Assembly (NCBI GenBank): GCA_964016885.1
Contig: CAXHJY010001609.1
Span: forward strand, 62,001 to 126,000
DNA: 64,000 nt
DNA from: Eledone cirrhosa
Taxonomy: Eukaryota
Reading direction: 5' to 3'
This document shows positions 52,536 through 64,000 of the stretch, piece after piece. Within the stretch, counting starts at the first letter, position 1. The number at the start of each line of letters is the position of its first letter. Below the pieces are notes generated by a model that was given only the letters and a program-made list of their open reading frames with translations, was not told the origin of the DNA and did not search any database. The position numbers and the translations under genes were made by a program.

Positions 52536-54621
52536 TCGACCCAATAGAGGGACCAGCAGTGTTAGTCGAGGGGAGTATAATAAGTAAGGCAATCAAGGAT
52601 ATGAAGACGGGTAAGGCGGCTGGGCCTTCGGAAATAGTTGCTGAGATGCTGAAGGCATCTGGCATGGTGGGACACACCATGGTCACCCGGATAGTTAACC
52701 AAGTCGTACAGAATGGGGTTGTTCCGAAGGACTGGCATAGCAACATCATCGTTAACTGTTATAAGGGTAAAGGAGATGCCCTAGATAGGAGTAACTATAG
52801 AGGCATTAAATTAATCGACCAGGTCATGAAGGTCACGGAAAAAGTAATAGCGCAACTAATCAGAGAGAGAATTGACCTAGATGAAATGCAGTTCGGGTTT
52901 GTGTCAGGCAAAAGTACCACAGACGCTCTTTTCATTGTACGTCAACTACAGGAGAAGTACCTAGTTAAAGGAAAACCCCTCTACTTAGCTTTTGTCGACT
53001 TGGAGAAAGCCTTCGGCAGAGTCCCTCGTTCCATTATCTGGTGGGCCCTTAGAAAACTAGGTGTCGACGAATGGCTTGTGAGAGCTATACAAGCCATGTA
53101 TAAAGAAACAGTCAGCAAGGTTAGAATTAACAATGAATATAGTGAAGAGTTTAGCGTAAAAGTTGGCGTCCATCAGGGCTCTGTTCTCAGCCCCCTACTA
53201 TTTATTATTGCCCTTCAGGCTATAACAGAGGAGTTCAAGACCGGCTGCCCATGGGAACTCCTATATGCAGACGACCTGACACTCATAGCTGAATCAATGG
53301 CCAAGCTAGAGAAGAAATTCCAAACATGGAAGCACGGCCTAGAATCAAAAGGCCTTAAAATTAACCTGGCTGAGACTAAAGTTCTAGTTTGTAAGAAAGA
53401 AAATAAGGCGGCGGTCCCTTCCGGGAAATGGCCATGCTCAGTGTGTAGGAAAGGCGTAGGTAGAAACTCCATTTTATGTCCCAAATGCAAAGTATGGGTG
53501 CATAAAAGATGTAGTGGGATCACAGGTAAGCTAACTAAGAACATAGATTTTACATGTGGGCGGTGCTCTGGTGCAATAAGTAGCAGCAAGTGCCCACAAA
53601 ATACTAGCTCTTACAACTGCGCAGAGGGTTCTATAGAAATAGTGGACAGCTTCCGTTACCTGGGTGACAAAATCAGCAGTGGGGGAGGGTGCTCTGAAAG
53701 TACAGTAGCTAGAGTCAGAACTGGATGGAAAAAGTTCAGAGAGCTTATACCACTATTAGCCGCTAAAGGGTTCTCCCTAAAAATGAAAGGCAGGTTGTAT
53801 GATGCCTGCATACGAACAGCAATGTTGCATGCAGTGAGACCTGGGCATTGTGTGCAGAGGATATACGCAGACTAGAGAGGAACGAAGTTTGCATGCTCCG
53901 CTGGATGTGTAATAGTAATATACGTGAACGGCAAAGCATAAACGAACTAAGGAAAAAATTAGAAATAAGAGGGATCAGATGTTGTTTACTCGAGAGAAGG
54001 CTACGTTGGTATGGACACGTGATGCGCATGAAAGTCGATAGCTGTATAACAAAGTGCAGGGCAATAAAGATAGACGGTAGCCACGGAATAGGCAGACCTA
54101 GAAAATCGTGGGACGAGCTGATAAACTCCGACCTCACACACTTACACCTCTCCAAGACAGTGTCACTGGACCGAGACCTTTGGCGGTACTCAGTAATAGA
54201 GAAGACACGCCTTACCTAAATACATAGTAAAACCTACTACAGTCAGTAGGTATCTCTAACAAAATACACCCCGTCCCACCACCCCAACCCCATCCACACC
54301 AACCCCTCCTATGTAAAGTTATGTTGGTGCCACACCATCCAGGCCGAAACAAATGAGATCGTGTAGGTGTCATAACAAAAAAACACACAGTGCATGCTGT
54401 AATGTGGCCGTGTAGGCAACACGGTAAAAACCTCCCAGACCCACACTGTAAATGTGGTTGGTGTTAGGAAGGGCATCCAACTGTAGAAAACCTGCCAGGC
54501 AGTCCTATGCGAGCAAGACAATCACTCTTGCCTCAAGTAGGAATACCCCCGTCCAAACCCATGCAAGCGTGGAACACGGACGTTAAACGTTGATGATGAT
54601 GGTGATGATGATGATGATGAT
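52536..54621 (+). mobile_element. Young 5'-truncated RTE LINE with one frameshift
   Basis: ORF 52559-53875 (RT, LYADD) continues in 53848-54219 after a single G loss near 53831. 3' UTR and (GAT)n tail. TA-rich flanks. Confidence 0.95.
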
Positions 54622-54712
54622 ATAACTCTGGAAAACCATTTTTGTTGAGTGTTTCCAATCTATTGTAAAACTCATTCTTTGATTTATTCATTGAACCTTG
54701 TTTAACCTTTAA

Positions 54713-54819
54713 ATATATATATATATATATATACTTATATATATATATATATACTTATATATATATATATATATATACTTATATATATATATATATACTT
54801 ATATATATATATATATATA

Positions 54820-54854
<35 letters not shown>

Positions 54855-54875
54855 TTATATATATATATATATATA

Positions 54876-54960
<85 letters not shown>

Positions 54961-55115
54961 TTATATATATATATATATATATATATATACTTATATATAT
55001 ATATATATATATATATATACTTATATATATATATATATATATATATACTTATATATATATATATATATATACTTATATATATATATATATATATATAAAT
55101 ATATATACTTATATA
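54713..55115. repeat. ~400-bp (TA)n microsatellite with periodic CT interruptions
   Basis: Reiterated tatatatacttatata. Confidence 0.95.
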
Positions 55116-58100
55116 TCATCATCATCATCATCATCATCATTTTACGTCCGCTTTTCCCTGCTTGCAATGGTGGGACGGGTCTTATTCAGCACAGCATCTC
55201 TCCACTCGTCACGGTCCCTCGTCATCTCCACCGTGAGCTTCAATGATCTGAGGTCTGTTCTCACCACCTCCGCCCATGTTTTTCGTGGTCTACCTCTACC
55301 ACGTCTTCCTTCAACTGGCATTTCCTGGCACTTCTTCACCCATCGGTCATCCTCCATGCGCATCACATGTCCATACCACCTCAGTCTCCTCTCCCGTACA
55401 CTACATTCTATCCCTCTCAGACACAGTTTCTCTCTCAACACATTTATGCTGGGTCGTTCACGCACATTTACACTGCACATCCAACGGAGCATGCTTGCCT
55501 CATTTCTCTCCAGCCGTCGCATATCTTCTGCGGTAGCTGCCCATGTCTCACTACCATGCAGCATCGCCCTCCTCACACAGGCATCATACAACCGGCCTTT
55601 CGTACGCAGGGAGAAACCCTTCTTCGTCAACAGAGGAAGCAGCTCCCTAAACTTATTCCAACCCGTCCTTATTCTAGATACTATGGCCTCGGAACACCCT
55701 CCTCCCATGCTAATCTGATCTCCTAGGTACCGGAAGCTATCCACCACTTCTATAGCGCCCTCTCGCATTTGAAAAATGTGTCTATCAGTGCGACTTCTAC
55801 TGTCTAATTTCCCTGTACATCTACTGCATACATATTTCTCCCTACCTGTTAGTTTGCCTGCTATCCCGCTACATCTCTTGTGTACCCAGGACCTACATTG
55901 TGTGCATTTTATAGAATTTATGCCAGTTCCTTTTCTGCATATCGAACATGGCCATTTCCCTGACGGAATCAGGGTTTTGTCCTCTTTTCTACTCATCAAC
56001 ACTTTTGTCTTAGCTAGATTTACTCTCAGTCCTCTTGCTTCCAACTGCTGTTTCCATAGCCGGAATTTATTCTCTAGCTCCTCTACTGATTCTGCCATAA
56101 GAGCCAGATCGTCAGCATAGAGAAGTTCCCATGGACAGCCAGTCTTAAACTCCTCTGTTATGGCTTGGAGGACTATAATGAACAAGAGCGGGCTGAGGAC
56201 CGAACCCTGATGTACTCCTACTTGTATCTGGAATTCCTCACTAAACTCCATTCCTACCCTGACTTTACTGAGAGTACCTCTGTACAAAGTTTGCACTGTC
56301 CTCACAAGCCATTCCTCAACACCCAGCTTCCTTAGGGACCACCAGATGACAGATCGGGGTACCCTATCAAAGGCCTTCTCTAGGTCAACAAAGGCTAAGT
56401 ATAGTGGCTTATTCTTCTCTAAGAACCTCTCTTGCATTTGTCTCACCAAGAAGAGGGCATCTGTTGTACTCTTCCCAGGCACAAAACCAAACTGCATCTC
56501 ATCTAGTTTGACCCTTTCTCTAATTAGTTGTGCTAAAATCCTTTCTGCCACTTTCATAACCTGATCTATCAGTTTTATACCCCTATAATTGCTCCTCTCC
56601 AAAGCATCCCCTTTACCTTTGTAGCAATTTATGAGAATACTGCTGCACCAGTCTTTGGGTATGACACCACCATATATAGCCTGATTGATTATGCGTGCAA
56701 CCAGTTTAGTGCCTACGTCCCCTGATGCCTTCAGCATCTCAGCAACTATTCCCGATGGTCCGGCCGCCTTACCATTTTTCATTTCCCTAATCGCCTCTTG
56801 GACCCTATATTCGTCAATCTCAATAGCTGGTCCCTCTGTCGGATCTACCAAGGGTAATTTCTTTCTCTCCCATTCGTTCTCCACATTCATCAGTCTCTCA
56901 TAATGACATTTCCAGGCCTCCTTTTTCTGGTCATTCGTGACACTAAGTACACCGGGATCATCCCGGACACATTTATCACCAACAACATCCTGATTTGCAT
57001 TGACACACTGCCTTGCAATGTGGAACACCGCACGCCTCTGATCTTCCCGTCGCAGAACATTGGCAAACCTCCTACTCTCTGCCTCCCTGCGTGCTAAGTA
57101 CACCTGACGTCTAGCTTCTCTCTTAGTGGCTGTATATTCTTCCCTACTCCCACCCTTATTCCAAGCCTTCCATGCTAGTCTTTTGTCTCTAATAGCCTTA
57201 TCTACACTGCTGTTCCACCACCAGGTCACTCTCTGTCTGGTTGGAGCTCTGCTCCAGCCACAGGTTTCATCAGTAGCCTTCAGCAAGTTGTCACGTAAGA
57301 ACTTCCAGTTATTATCTATGTCATACGTCTCTAAATCGTCTTCTTTTTCGTCATATACATCTTGAAGGGCTTTCCTAAATTTGAATTTTAGTGAAAGGTC
57401 TTTTAGCTTCCAGACCTTTCTTCTCCACACCTTTCTATATGTCTCATTCCATCTCTTGCTTACTGAGATATCACTAACAACTAACCTATGCTGTGGGGTA
57501 CATTCTTCCCCAGGGTATGTCTTGGTATTAGACACTATCTGCCTGTCCCGCTGCCTAACTAGCAGGAAGTCAATCTGGCTTATGTGCTCACCAGATTTGT
57601 AGGTTATTAGGTGATTGGCAGGTTTCTGGAAGTTTGTGTTGCAAATAGTCAATGTACTTGCATCACAACATTCAAGAAGTCTCACTCCTTCTTCATTTCT
57701 TGAACCGTAACCGTGCCCACCATGTACCCCAGTGTAACCATCCTGGAGCTGTCCAACATGACCATTGAAGTCTCCTGCTAGCATAACGATGTCTCCGTCC
57801 TCTGTCATTGTGGTTGTTTGCAAAAGTTGCTCATAAAAGCAGTCTTTCTCATCTTTGCCTAGGCCTGCTTGGGGAGCATAGACCGAGATGATTGTCAGTA
57901 GTCTCCTACCTACAACTAATCTAAGCTTAATTATTCGATTACTAACTCGAACTACCTCTATTGTCTTATTGATCCATTTCTCAGCCAGGAAAATGCCTAC
58001 TCCCCCTAACCCATCATCCTTACCTACCCAGAATAGCTTATAGCTAAGACGCTTGCCTACGACTAGTCTCGCAGAGGCCCCTCTCCATCTCACCTCTTGC

Positions 58101-58400
58101 ACGCAGCACACACCCACCTGCCTTCTCTCCAGCATCTCCGCTATTTCAGCAGATCTACCTCTGAGAGTGCCAACATTAAGTGTTGCAACTCTGAGATGCG
58201 ACGTCTTCATATTTTTCTATGCTGTTTTGTTGCTGTGCTGATAAGCTTTTTGGCATTGATACACTGGTTGGATGCCCTTCCTAACACCAGCGCCACTTTA
58301 CAGCATGGACTGGGTGCTTTTATTTGTGCCACCAGCACTAGAGAGGATGTCTTACTAGACTCAAGGGCCCTCTCTACCCCTCCATTTTACAGCATGGTCA
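55116..58400 (-). mobile_element. Apparently full-length RTE-clade LINE (5' boundary uncertain, 58345-58525)
   Basis: (CAT)n tail at 55116-55140, an intact ORF and a 5' UTR carrying GTTAGGAAGGGCATCC. Confidence 0.9.
55142..58210 (-). CDS. RTE polyprotein: APE endonuclease, reverse transcriptase and PHD-like finger (1022 aa)
   Basis: APE motifs TLNVG, VQE, AGDFN, QIDF and QH. RT motifs DLEKAFD, QGSVLSP, YADD and FRYLG. C4HC3 finger at 55817-55948. Confidence 0.95.
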   Translation of the reverse strand: MKTSHLRVATLNVGTLRGRSAEIAEMLERRQVGVCCVQEVRWRGASARLVVGKRLSYKLFWVGKDDGLGGVGIFLAEKWINKTIEVVRVSNRIIKLRLVVGRRLLTIISVYAPQAGLGKDEKDCFYEQLLQTTTMTEDGDIVMLAGDFNGHVGQLQDGYTGVHGGHGYGSRNEEGVRLLECCDASTLTICNTNFQKPANHLITYKSGEHISQIDFLLVRQRDRQIVSNTKTYPGEECTPQHRLVVSDISVSKRWNETYRKVWRRKVWKLKDLSLKFKFRKALQDVYDEKEDDLETYDIDNNWKFLRDNLLKATDETCGWSRAPTRQRVTWWWNSSVDKAIRDKRLAWKAWNKGGSREEYTATKREARRQVYLARREAESRRFANVLRREDQRRAVFHIARQCVNANQDVVGDKCVRDDPGVLSVTNDQKKEAWKCHYERLMNVENEWERKKLPLVDPTEGPAIEIDEYRVQEAIREMKNGKAAGPSGIVAEMLKASGDVGTKLVARIINQAIYGGVIPKDWCSSILINCYKGKGDALERSNYRGIKLIDQVMKVAERILAQLIRERVKLDEMQFGFVPGKSTTDALFLVRQMQERFLEKNKPLYLAFVDLEKAFDRVPRSVIWWSLRKLGVEEWLVRTVQTLYRGTLSKVRVGMEFSEEFQIQVGVHQGSVLSPLLFIIVLQAITEEFKTGCPWELLYADDLALMAESVEELENKFRLWKQQLEARGLRVNLAKTKVLMSRKEDKTLIPSGKWPCSICRKGTGINSIKCTQCRSWVHKRCSGIAGKLTGREKYVCSRCTGKLDSRSRTDRHIFQMREGAIEVVDSFRYLGDQISMGGGCSEAIVSRIRTGWNKFRELLPLLTKKGFSLRTKGRLYDACVRRAMLHGSETWAATAEDMRRLERNEASMLRWMCSVNVRERPSINVLREKLCLRGIECSVRERRLRWYGHVMRMEDDRWVKKCQEMPVEGRRGRGRPRKTWAEVVRTDLRSLKLTVEMTRDRDEWRDAVLNKTRPTIASREKRT

Positions 58401-58689
58401 TTAAAAAAAAAAAAAAAAAAAAAAAAACATTGACACGACTCACACACTAATACTCATGCATACAAACCACAACCACACATACCAACACTCATTCATGCAT
58501 ACAATCACGCACACCACTCACAAACATATATATATATATATATATATACATATATTACCGACAGTACTGATACAAAATCAAAATCAAAGTCAAAATCGTC
58601 AAAATCACTATCATGTCAACTGTTGACCTTTCCCAGTCCAGTTCGGCTTGTATATAATAACAATAACAATAATAATTGTTTGTTTACGC

Positions 58690-58965
58690 TGGTAATGGCG
58701 GTGGTGGATGGTGTCAGTGTGGTGGTGGTGGATGGTCAGTGATGGTGGTGGCAGTTGTTGGTGCTGTAGTTGTTATTGTAGTTGTTACTGTTGTTGTTGT
58801 CCTTCATTTCACTGCTGCTGTTGCTGCAGACAATGGTGTTGATGCTGTTATTGCTGTCGCATATATACAAATACATACACACACATTCAACACAGACGAT
58901 GGTGTTGTTGCTGTTGTTGTTGTTGTTGGTGTTGCTGCTGTTGTTGTTGTAGTTGTTGCTGTGTT
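58690..58965. repeat. (GGT)n/(GTT)n/(GCT)n degenerate microsatellite
   Basis: Trinucleotide runs. The overlapping ORFs are low complexity. Confidence 0.85.
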
Positions 58966-59301
58966 GAAATCTGGTCGCATCCACTGAGATATACATATAC
59001 ACACACATACACATATGTATATACACATACATACATCAAAAGAGAGTCAGCAGTATGTCAACAGGGGACAGGACAGCGACCTTAGAGTAATGTGGTGATG
59101 GTGGGGAGCGAGTGTAGGCGTTATTGTTATTGTGGTGACGGGGGTGGGGGGGGGGGGGGTCAGTGAGATGTTACAAGTTCATAGATCACTTCTCTCTTTT
59201 CCTCTCTCTTCAAAATTTTGAATTTATGGCCTTTTGTAATGGCGGACAAGTATATATAATATATATATATGAAGCAAAGAAAAGAAAATTTTCACTGATA
59301 T

Positions 59302-59556
59302 GAAAGATTTCCTGGTAGAAGTTCAGGTGTATTCAGTAATTGGTATCCAGTTTCGGGGTATCCCATTAGAAAATCCAACGAATCTTTAAGAGGGGTCCAC
59401 GCAACCATTGATATATATATCTATATATGTAAAATGCAAGCAGAAATGACAACGAAAGATTTCCTGGTAGAAGTTCAGGTGTATTCAGTGTTGGTATCCA
59501 GTGTTGGGGTATCCAATTAGAAAATCCAACGAATTTTTGAGAGGGGTCCACGCAAG
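59302..59556. repeat. ~100-bp direct duplication (59302-59405 and 59455-59556)
   Basis: gaaagatttcctggtagaagttcaggtgtattcagt...agaggggtccacgcaa occurs twice. Confidence 0.85.
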
Positions 59557-59637
59557 CATATATATAGATATATATATGTATATATGCAAAATTTATATAT
59601 ATATATTTATATATATATATATTTATATATATATATT

Positions 59638-59669
<32 letters not shown>

Positions 59670-60049
59670 TATATATATATATATTTATATATATATATTT
59701 ATATATATATATATTTATATATATATATTTATATATTTATATATATATATATATATATGTAGGAGGTGAGTTTATTATTGCTTGATGATGTTTGTTTTTG
59801 AAATGCGCATAATAAAATATATGGAACTCCTTTAACCATCTTTTGATCTTATATTATATATATATATATATGTAGATAAAACTACCAAGAGTTTACGGTA
59901 GTGTCCAATCCGTATGAAGAACTCAATGTAATCCGGATATCATGGAAAGAAGAGATGCAATGAAAAATCACTTTCGGTGAAAGATAAACGGAATACAGAG
60001 TCAAGATAAAATATTAAAAAAATAAAGTATATATATATATATATATAAG

Positions 60050-61048
60050 TACATTATGAAGAGAGAAGAAACATTTAGATATAATTAGTAATAAAATGTA
60101 TCATACCTAAACTGCTCCTAAATTCCTCGACTACGTAGTTTCGTGGCATAAACAAAAACAATATATCATAAAATATAGAGTCTCTGCGAGGTCTGCCGAC
60201 TTATCAAGAGGATACCTCATTTTACTAGTCTCAAGAACGCGTCTACACGACGTGAGAAAGAATCCCAAAAGGCGGAGGGGGAGATAGTCACGCGATATAA
60301 CGGTCGAGAAACAGAGCTAAGCCTCTTATAACCACGAAGAAAATACCACGGAGGCGGAGGGGGTATTCATATCGAGGCCGCAGAAGAGGTGGTGAAGAAG
60401 GCTAGAAGTATGAGTAATGGAAGCTTTCCAGTTGTCCCCACACTTCAAAGATTGCTCGACCAGAGGGAGTTATTAACAATATATTTAGAAACACACAGAT
60501 ACATGCGGACACACACATATATACATAAATGCATCCGCACCCAACTGTGAGTTAAGGGTGCCAACTTCACCGATGTTGCTCAATGAATGACCGGGACAGA
60601 CCAATTCAGTTGAACTAGACTGAACCAGTATCAGAGTTAAAAATACATTATGAAGAGAGAAGAAACATTTAGATATAATTAGTAATAAAATGTATCATAC
60701 CTAAACTGCTCCTAAATTCCTCGACTACGTAGTTTCGTGGCATAAACAAAAACAATATATCATAAAGATATAGAGTCCCTGCGAGGTCTGCCGACTTATC
60801 AAGAGGATACCTCATTTTACTAGTCTCAAGAACGCGTCTACACGACGTGAGAAAGAATCCCAAAAGGCGGAGGGGGAGATAGTCATTTTATTACTAATTA
60901 TATCTAAATGTTTCTTCTCTCTTCATAATGTATTTTTAACTCTGATACTGGTTCAGTCTAGTTCAACTGAATTGGTCTGTCCCGGTCATTCATTGAGCAA
61001 CATCGGTGAAGTTGGCACCCTTAACTCACAGTTGGGTGCGGATGCATT
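60050..61048. repeat. Interlocked direct and inverted duplications
   Basis: 60050-60290 is repeated at 60644-60885. 60884-61048 is the reverse complement of 60528-60692. Confidence 0.9.
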
Positions 61049-61049
61049 C

Positions 61050-61316
61050 ATCCTAAACCGACGGTAGTCGGTTTAGTAATATTGTTGTCTGAGTGATTTC
61101 GTTGGCAATCGTCTCTTTACAGCATTATTAGAATGTCTTCCGATTATCAAAATCACATGAAAGTTATATGAGCATGGAGAGTAAATCATTGCACATCTCT
61201 TAAGCTAAAAATCTCGAAATTTCGTTCAGCACAAAAAAAGTTATGATCAAAGTTTGCTGAAAAAAACTGTGTTCAAGTGAGTAAGTGAGTGAGTAAGGGT
61301 GACGCTCTGTGCATTT
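61050..61316. repeat. ~267-bp element with terminal hairpin, duplicated at 61814-62084 (possible Helentron-associated element)
   Basis: Begins with hairpin CTAAACCGAC-ggta-GTCGGTTTAG and has a (GTGA/GTAA)n tract near the other end. Confidence 0.6.
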
Positions 61317-61580
61317 TCTCTTCTTCCGACTCCAATAATCCCCCTCCTCCTCCACTTGTTTTGTTCCTCTTTCTCCCCCCCCCCCCCTCCCTCATCATCA
61401 TTTTCTTCTTCTTCTTCTTCTTCTTCTTCGTGTAAATATCAAGAAATAAATGATTATTGTTGTTTTATTAAGAAATGTTTGGTTCTGGTGTTGGTATTAT
61501 TAAATAAGTATGTATAATGTCTATGTATAAATGCATATAACCTTCATAAATATGATTATACTTGTATGTTTGTATGAACG

Positions 61581-61661
<81 letters not shown>

Positions 61662-62119
61662 CGCATGTACGCAAATATGATTTAAATACTTAAATTGTAT
61701 AAATCGGAGATTACATCTGGTATATATCCAATATAGTATGCAAGTGAACATTTTGTTTGCAAATTAGATTTTAGATATGTACGCAACATATTAATTTTTT
61801 CATTTGTATATATATCCTAAACCGACGGTAGTCGGTTTAGTAATATTGTTGTCTTAGTGATTTCGTTGGCAATCGTCTCTTTACAGCATTATTAGAATGT
61901 CTTCCGATTATCAAAATCACATGAAAGTTATATGAGCATGGAGAGTAAATCATTGCACATCTCTTAAGCTATATAAAAATCTCGAAATTTCGTTCAGCAC
62001 AAAAAAAGTTATGATCAAAGTTTGCTGAAAAAAACTGTGTTCAAGTGAGTAAGTGAGTGAGTAAGGGTGACGCTCTGTGCATTTGATGCATCTCTTGGGA
62101 CCGGTCAGAGGAGGATAAG

Positions 62120-62805
62120 GGGTTATTCGGGGTGCGGCGCTTATTCGAACCCTCCCCCAGTGACTGCGATTATTCGGGGTGAGACGCTTATTCGAACCCC
62201 CCCCCCCCCCCGCTTATTCGAACCCTCCCCCCAGTGACTGCGATTATTCGGGGTGCGGCGCTTATTCGAACCCTCCCCCAGTGACTGCGATTATTCGGGG
62301 TGAGACGCTTATTCGAACCCCCCCCCCCGCTTATTCGAACCCTCCCCCCAGTGACTGCGATTATTCGGGGTGCGGCGCTTATTCGAACCCTCCCCCCAGT
62401 GACTGCGGTTATTCGGGGTGCGGCGCTTATTCGAACCCTCCCCCCAGTGACTGCGATTATTCGGGGTGCGGCGCTTATTCGAACCCTCCCCCCAGTGACT
62501 GCGGTTATTCGGGGTGCGGCGCTTATTCGAACCCTCCCCCAGTGACTGCGATTATTCGGGGTGAGGCGCTTATTCGAACCCCCCCCCCCCACAGTGACTG
62601 CGGTTATTCGGGGTGCGGCGCTTATTCGAACCCCCCCCCCCCCCACAGTGACTGCGATTATTCGGGGTGAGGCGCTTATTCGAACCCTCCCCCAGTGACT
62701 GCTGTTATTTGGGGTGAGGGTCTTATTCGAACCCCCCCTAGTGACTGCGGTTATTCGGGGTGCGGTGGTTATTTGAACCCCCCCCCCCCAGTGACTGCGG
62801 TTATT
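62120..62805. repeat. 48-bp GC-rich minisatellite
   Basis: ttattcggggtgcggcgcttattcgaaccctccccccagtgactgcgg. Unit starts at 62361 and 62409. Confidence 0.95.
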
Positions 62806-63379
62806 TTTTTGAATTTGAATTTTAAATGTTGATACAATGTGGCAGTAAACATTAATCATTGAGCTAATTAGGAGCTATTATGTTCTCCTATCTCGCGATA
62901 AGTGGTCACACGTTGCAAACTAGTTGAGGTTGTCTTCTATTTATATTCAAATGAGTAATCACTCACTGCATTGTTCTCTTTCAAAGCAGTCGCTGATTGA
63001 TATACTAGAAATTCAGAAAATCATTTGGATTTGTACTAATAGTTGTGAATAGTTGTGCTATTTTTTGTACCGATAGGTGCGAGTAGTGAACTCATTTGCG
63101 ATAGGTGCGAATAGTGTGCTCATTTGACATATGAAAATGACGTCTCTCGGCTTTTTTATCGGCTTATTTATTTTGACTATTACAAATGAAAAATTTGTTT
63201 CCCTGCAAAAGTCTCGCCAAAATGGTCGCAAAAAAAATCGCAAAAGGTCACTTCATACGTTTCGCGGCTTTCGAAAAAAGTCACCATATACGTTTCGCGG
63301 CTTTTTGATCGGCTTATTACTTTTTTGCCTGGCGCGAAAATGCAATACAGTTGTTTTTGGACTATGAACACTCAAATGA

Positions 63380-63712
63380 TGAAATCGACAAAAATGGCGT
63401 GTGAGAAGAAAATCAAAAAATTTGCATATGAAAAATCGACAAAAAATGGCGCGCGTGAAGAAAATACAAAAATCCAAAAAAAATTATCATGTGAAAAATT
63501 GACAAAAAATCGACAAAAATGGCGTGCGTGAAGAAAATCCAAAAATCCAAAAAAAAATTATCATGTGAAAAATTGACAAAAAATCGACAAAAATGGCGCG
63601 CGTGAAAAAAAATCAAAAAAACCCAAAAAAATTTGCATGTGAAAAATTGACAAAAAATCGACCAAAAATGGCGCGCGTGAAAAAAATCCCCAAAAAATTT
63701 GCATGTGAAAAT
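63380..63712. repeat. A-rich ~60-80-bp tandem repeat with CpG cores
   Basis: aaatcgacaaaaatggcgcgcgtgaa..aaaatccaaaaaa..catgtgaaaaattgac, repeated about 5 times. Confidence 0.85.
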
Positions 63713-64000
63713 TGATATTTGCCTTCTATTGCATTAGAATTTGTCATGTTTAATTAAAATGTTATTTTCAACTAAATGCAAATGGTGCAAATTTGCTCCA
63801 TTTAGATTCAGTTGTTAATGCTCACCTACTAATTTAAAAAAATTGTATTTTCTTAAATGACTCTTATTTATCATAAGTTAATATTTTTAAGATAGGTGAG
63901 TGCTCCACGATCTGACCTATGTCCCCGCCATGTGGAGTGGATGCTTGTACCAATTAGATAAAATATCTCAACTTATTTCTGTGACTCCAATGCACAGGCT

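Noticed and set aside
55167-57602. Plus-strand ORFs overlapping the RTE, and similar shadow ORFs over the ZNF arrays
   Set aside because: Antisense or alternate-frame shadows of real coding sequence with no independent motifs.
62179-62859. Repetitive ORFs of 163 and 223 aa
   Set aside because: They stay open because the 48-bp unit lacks stops in those frames. Variable C-run lengths shift the frames.

Overview
AT-rich, repeat-dense animal DNA. The tandem C2H2 zinc-finger genes, RTE LINEs with (GAT)n tails and tRNA-derived SINEs suggest an octopus or other coleoid cephalopod (inference). The window opens with the 3' part of a decayed CRE-clade non-LTR retrotransposon and a ~13-finger ZNF pseudogene. 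A ~16.4-kb tandem segmental duplication follows (about 17.9-34.4 kb and 34.4-50.5 kb, plus a deleted third copy to 52.5 kb). Each full unit carries two short effector-less ZNF ORFs that differ in finger number between copies. There are many RTE copies, including one intact 1022-aa ORF, along with several minisatellites and many local inverted duplications. Main leads: (1) a covarying pseudoknot-like module that sits in the 5' UTR of one RTE family and the 3' UTR of others; (2) a PHD-type finger inserted inside the RTE reverse transcriptase; (3) repeated RTE insertion at (TA)n, including two independent insertions at the same paralogous site; (4) a three-copy tRNA-like pol III unit paired with a CTCF-like motif. 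All boundaries were read by eye and are approximate.
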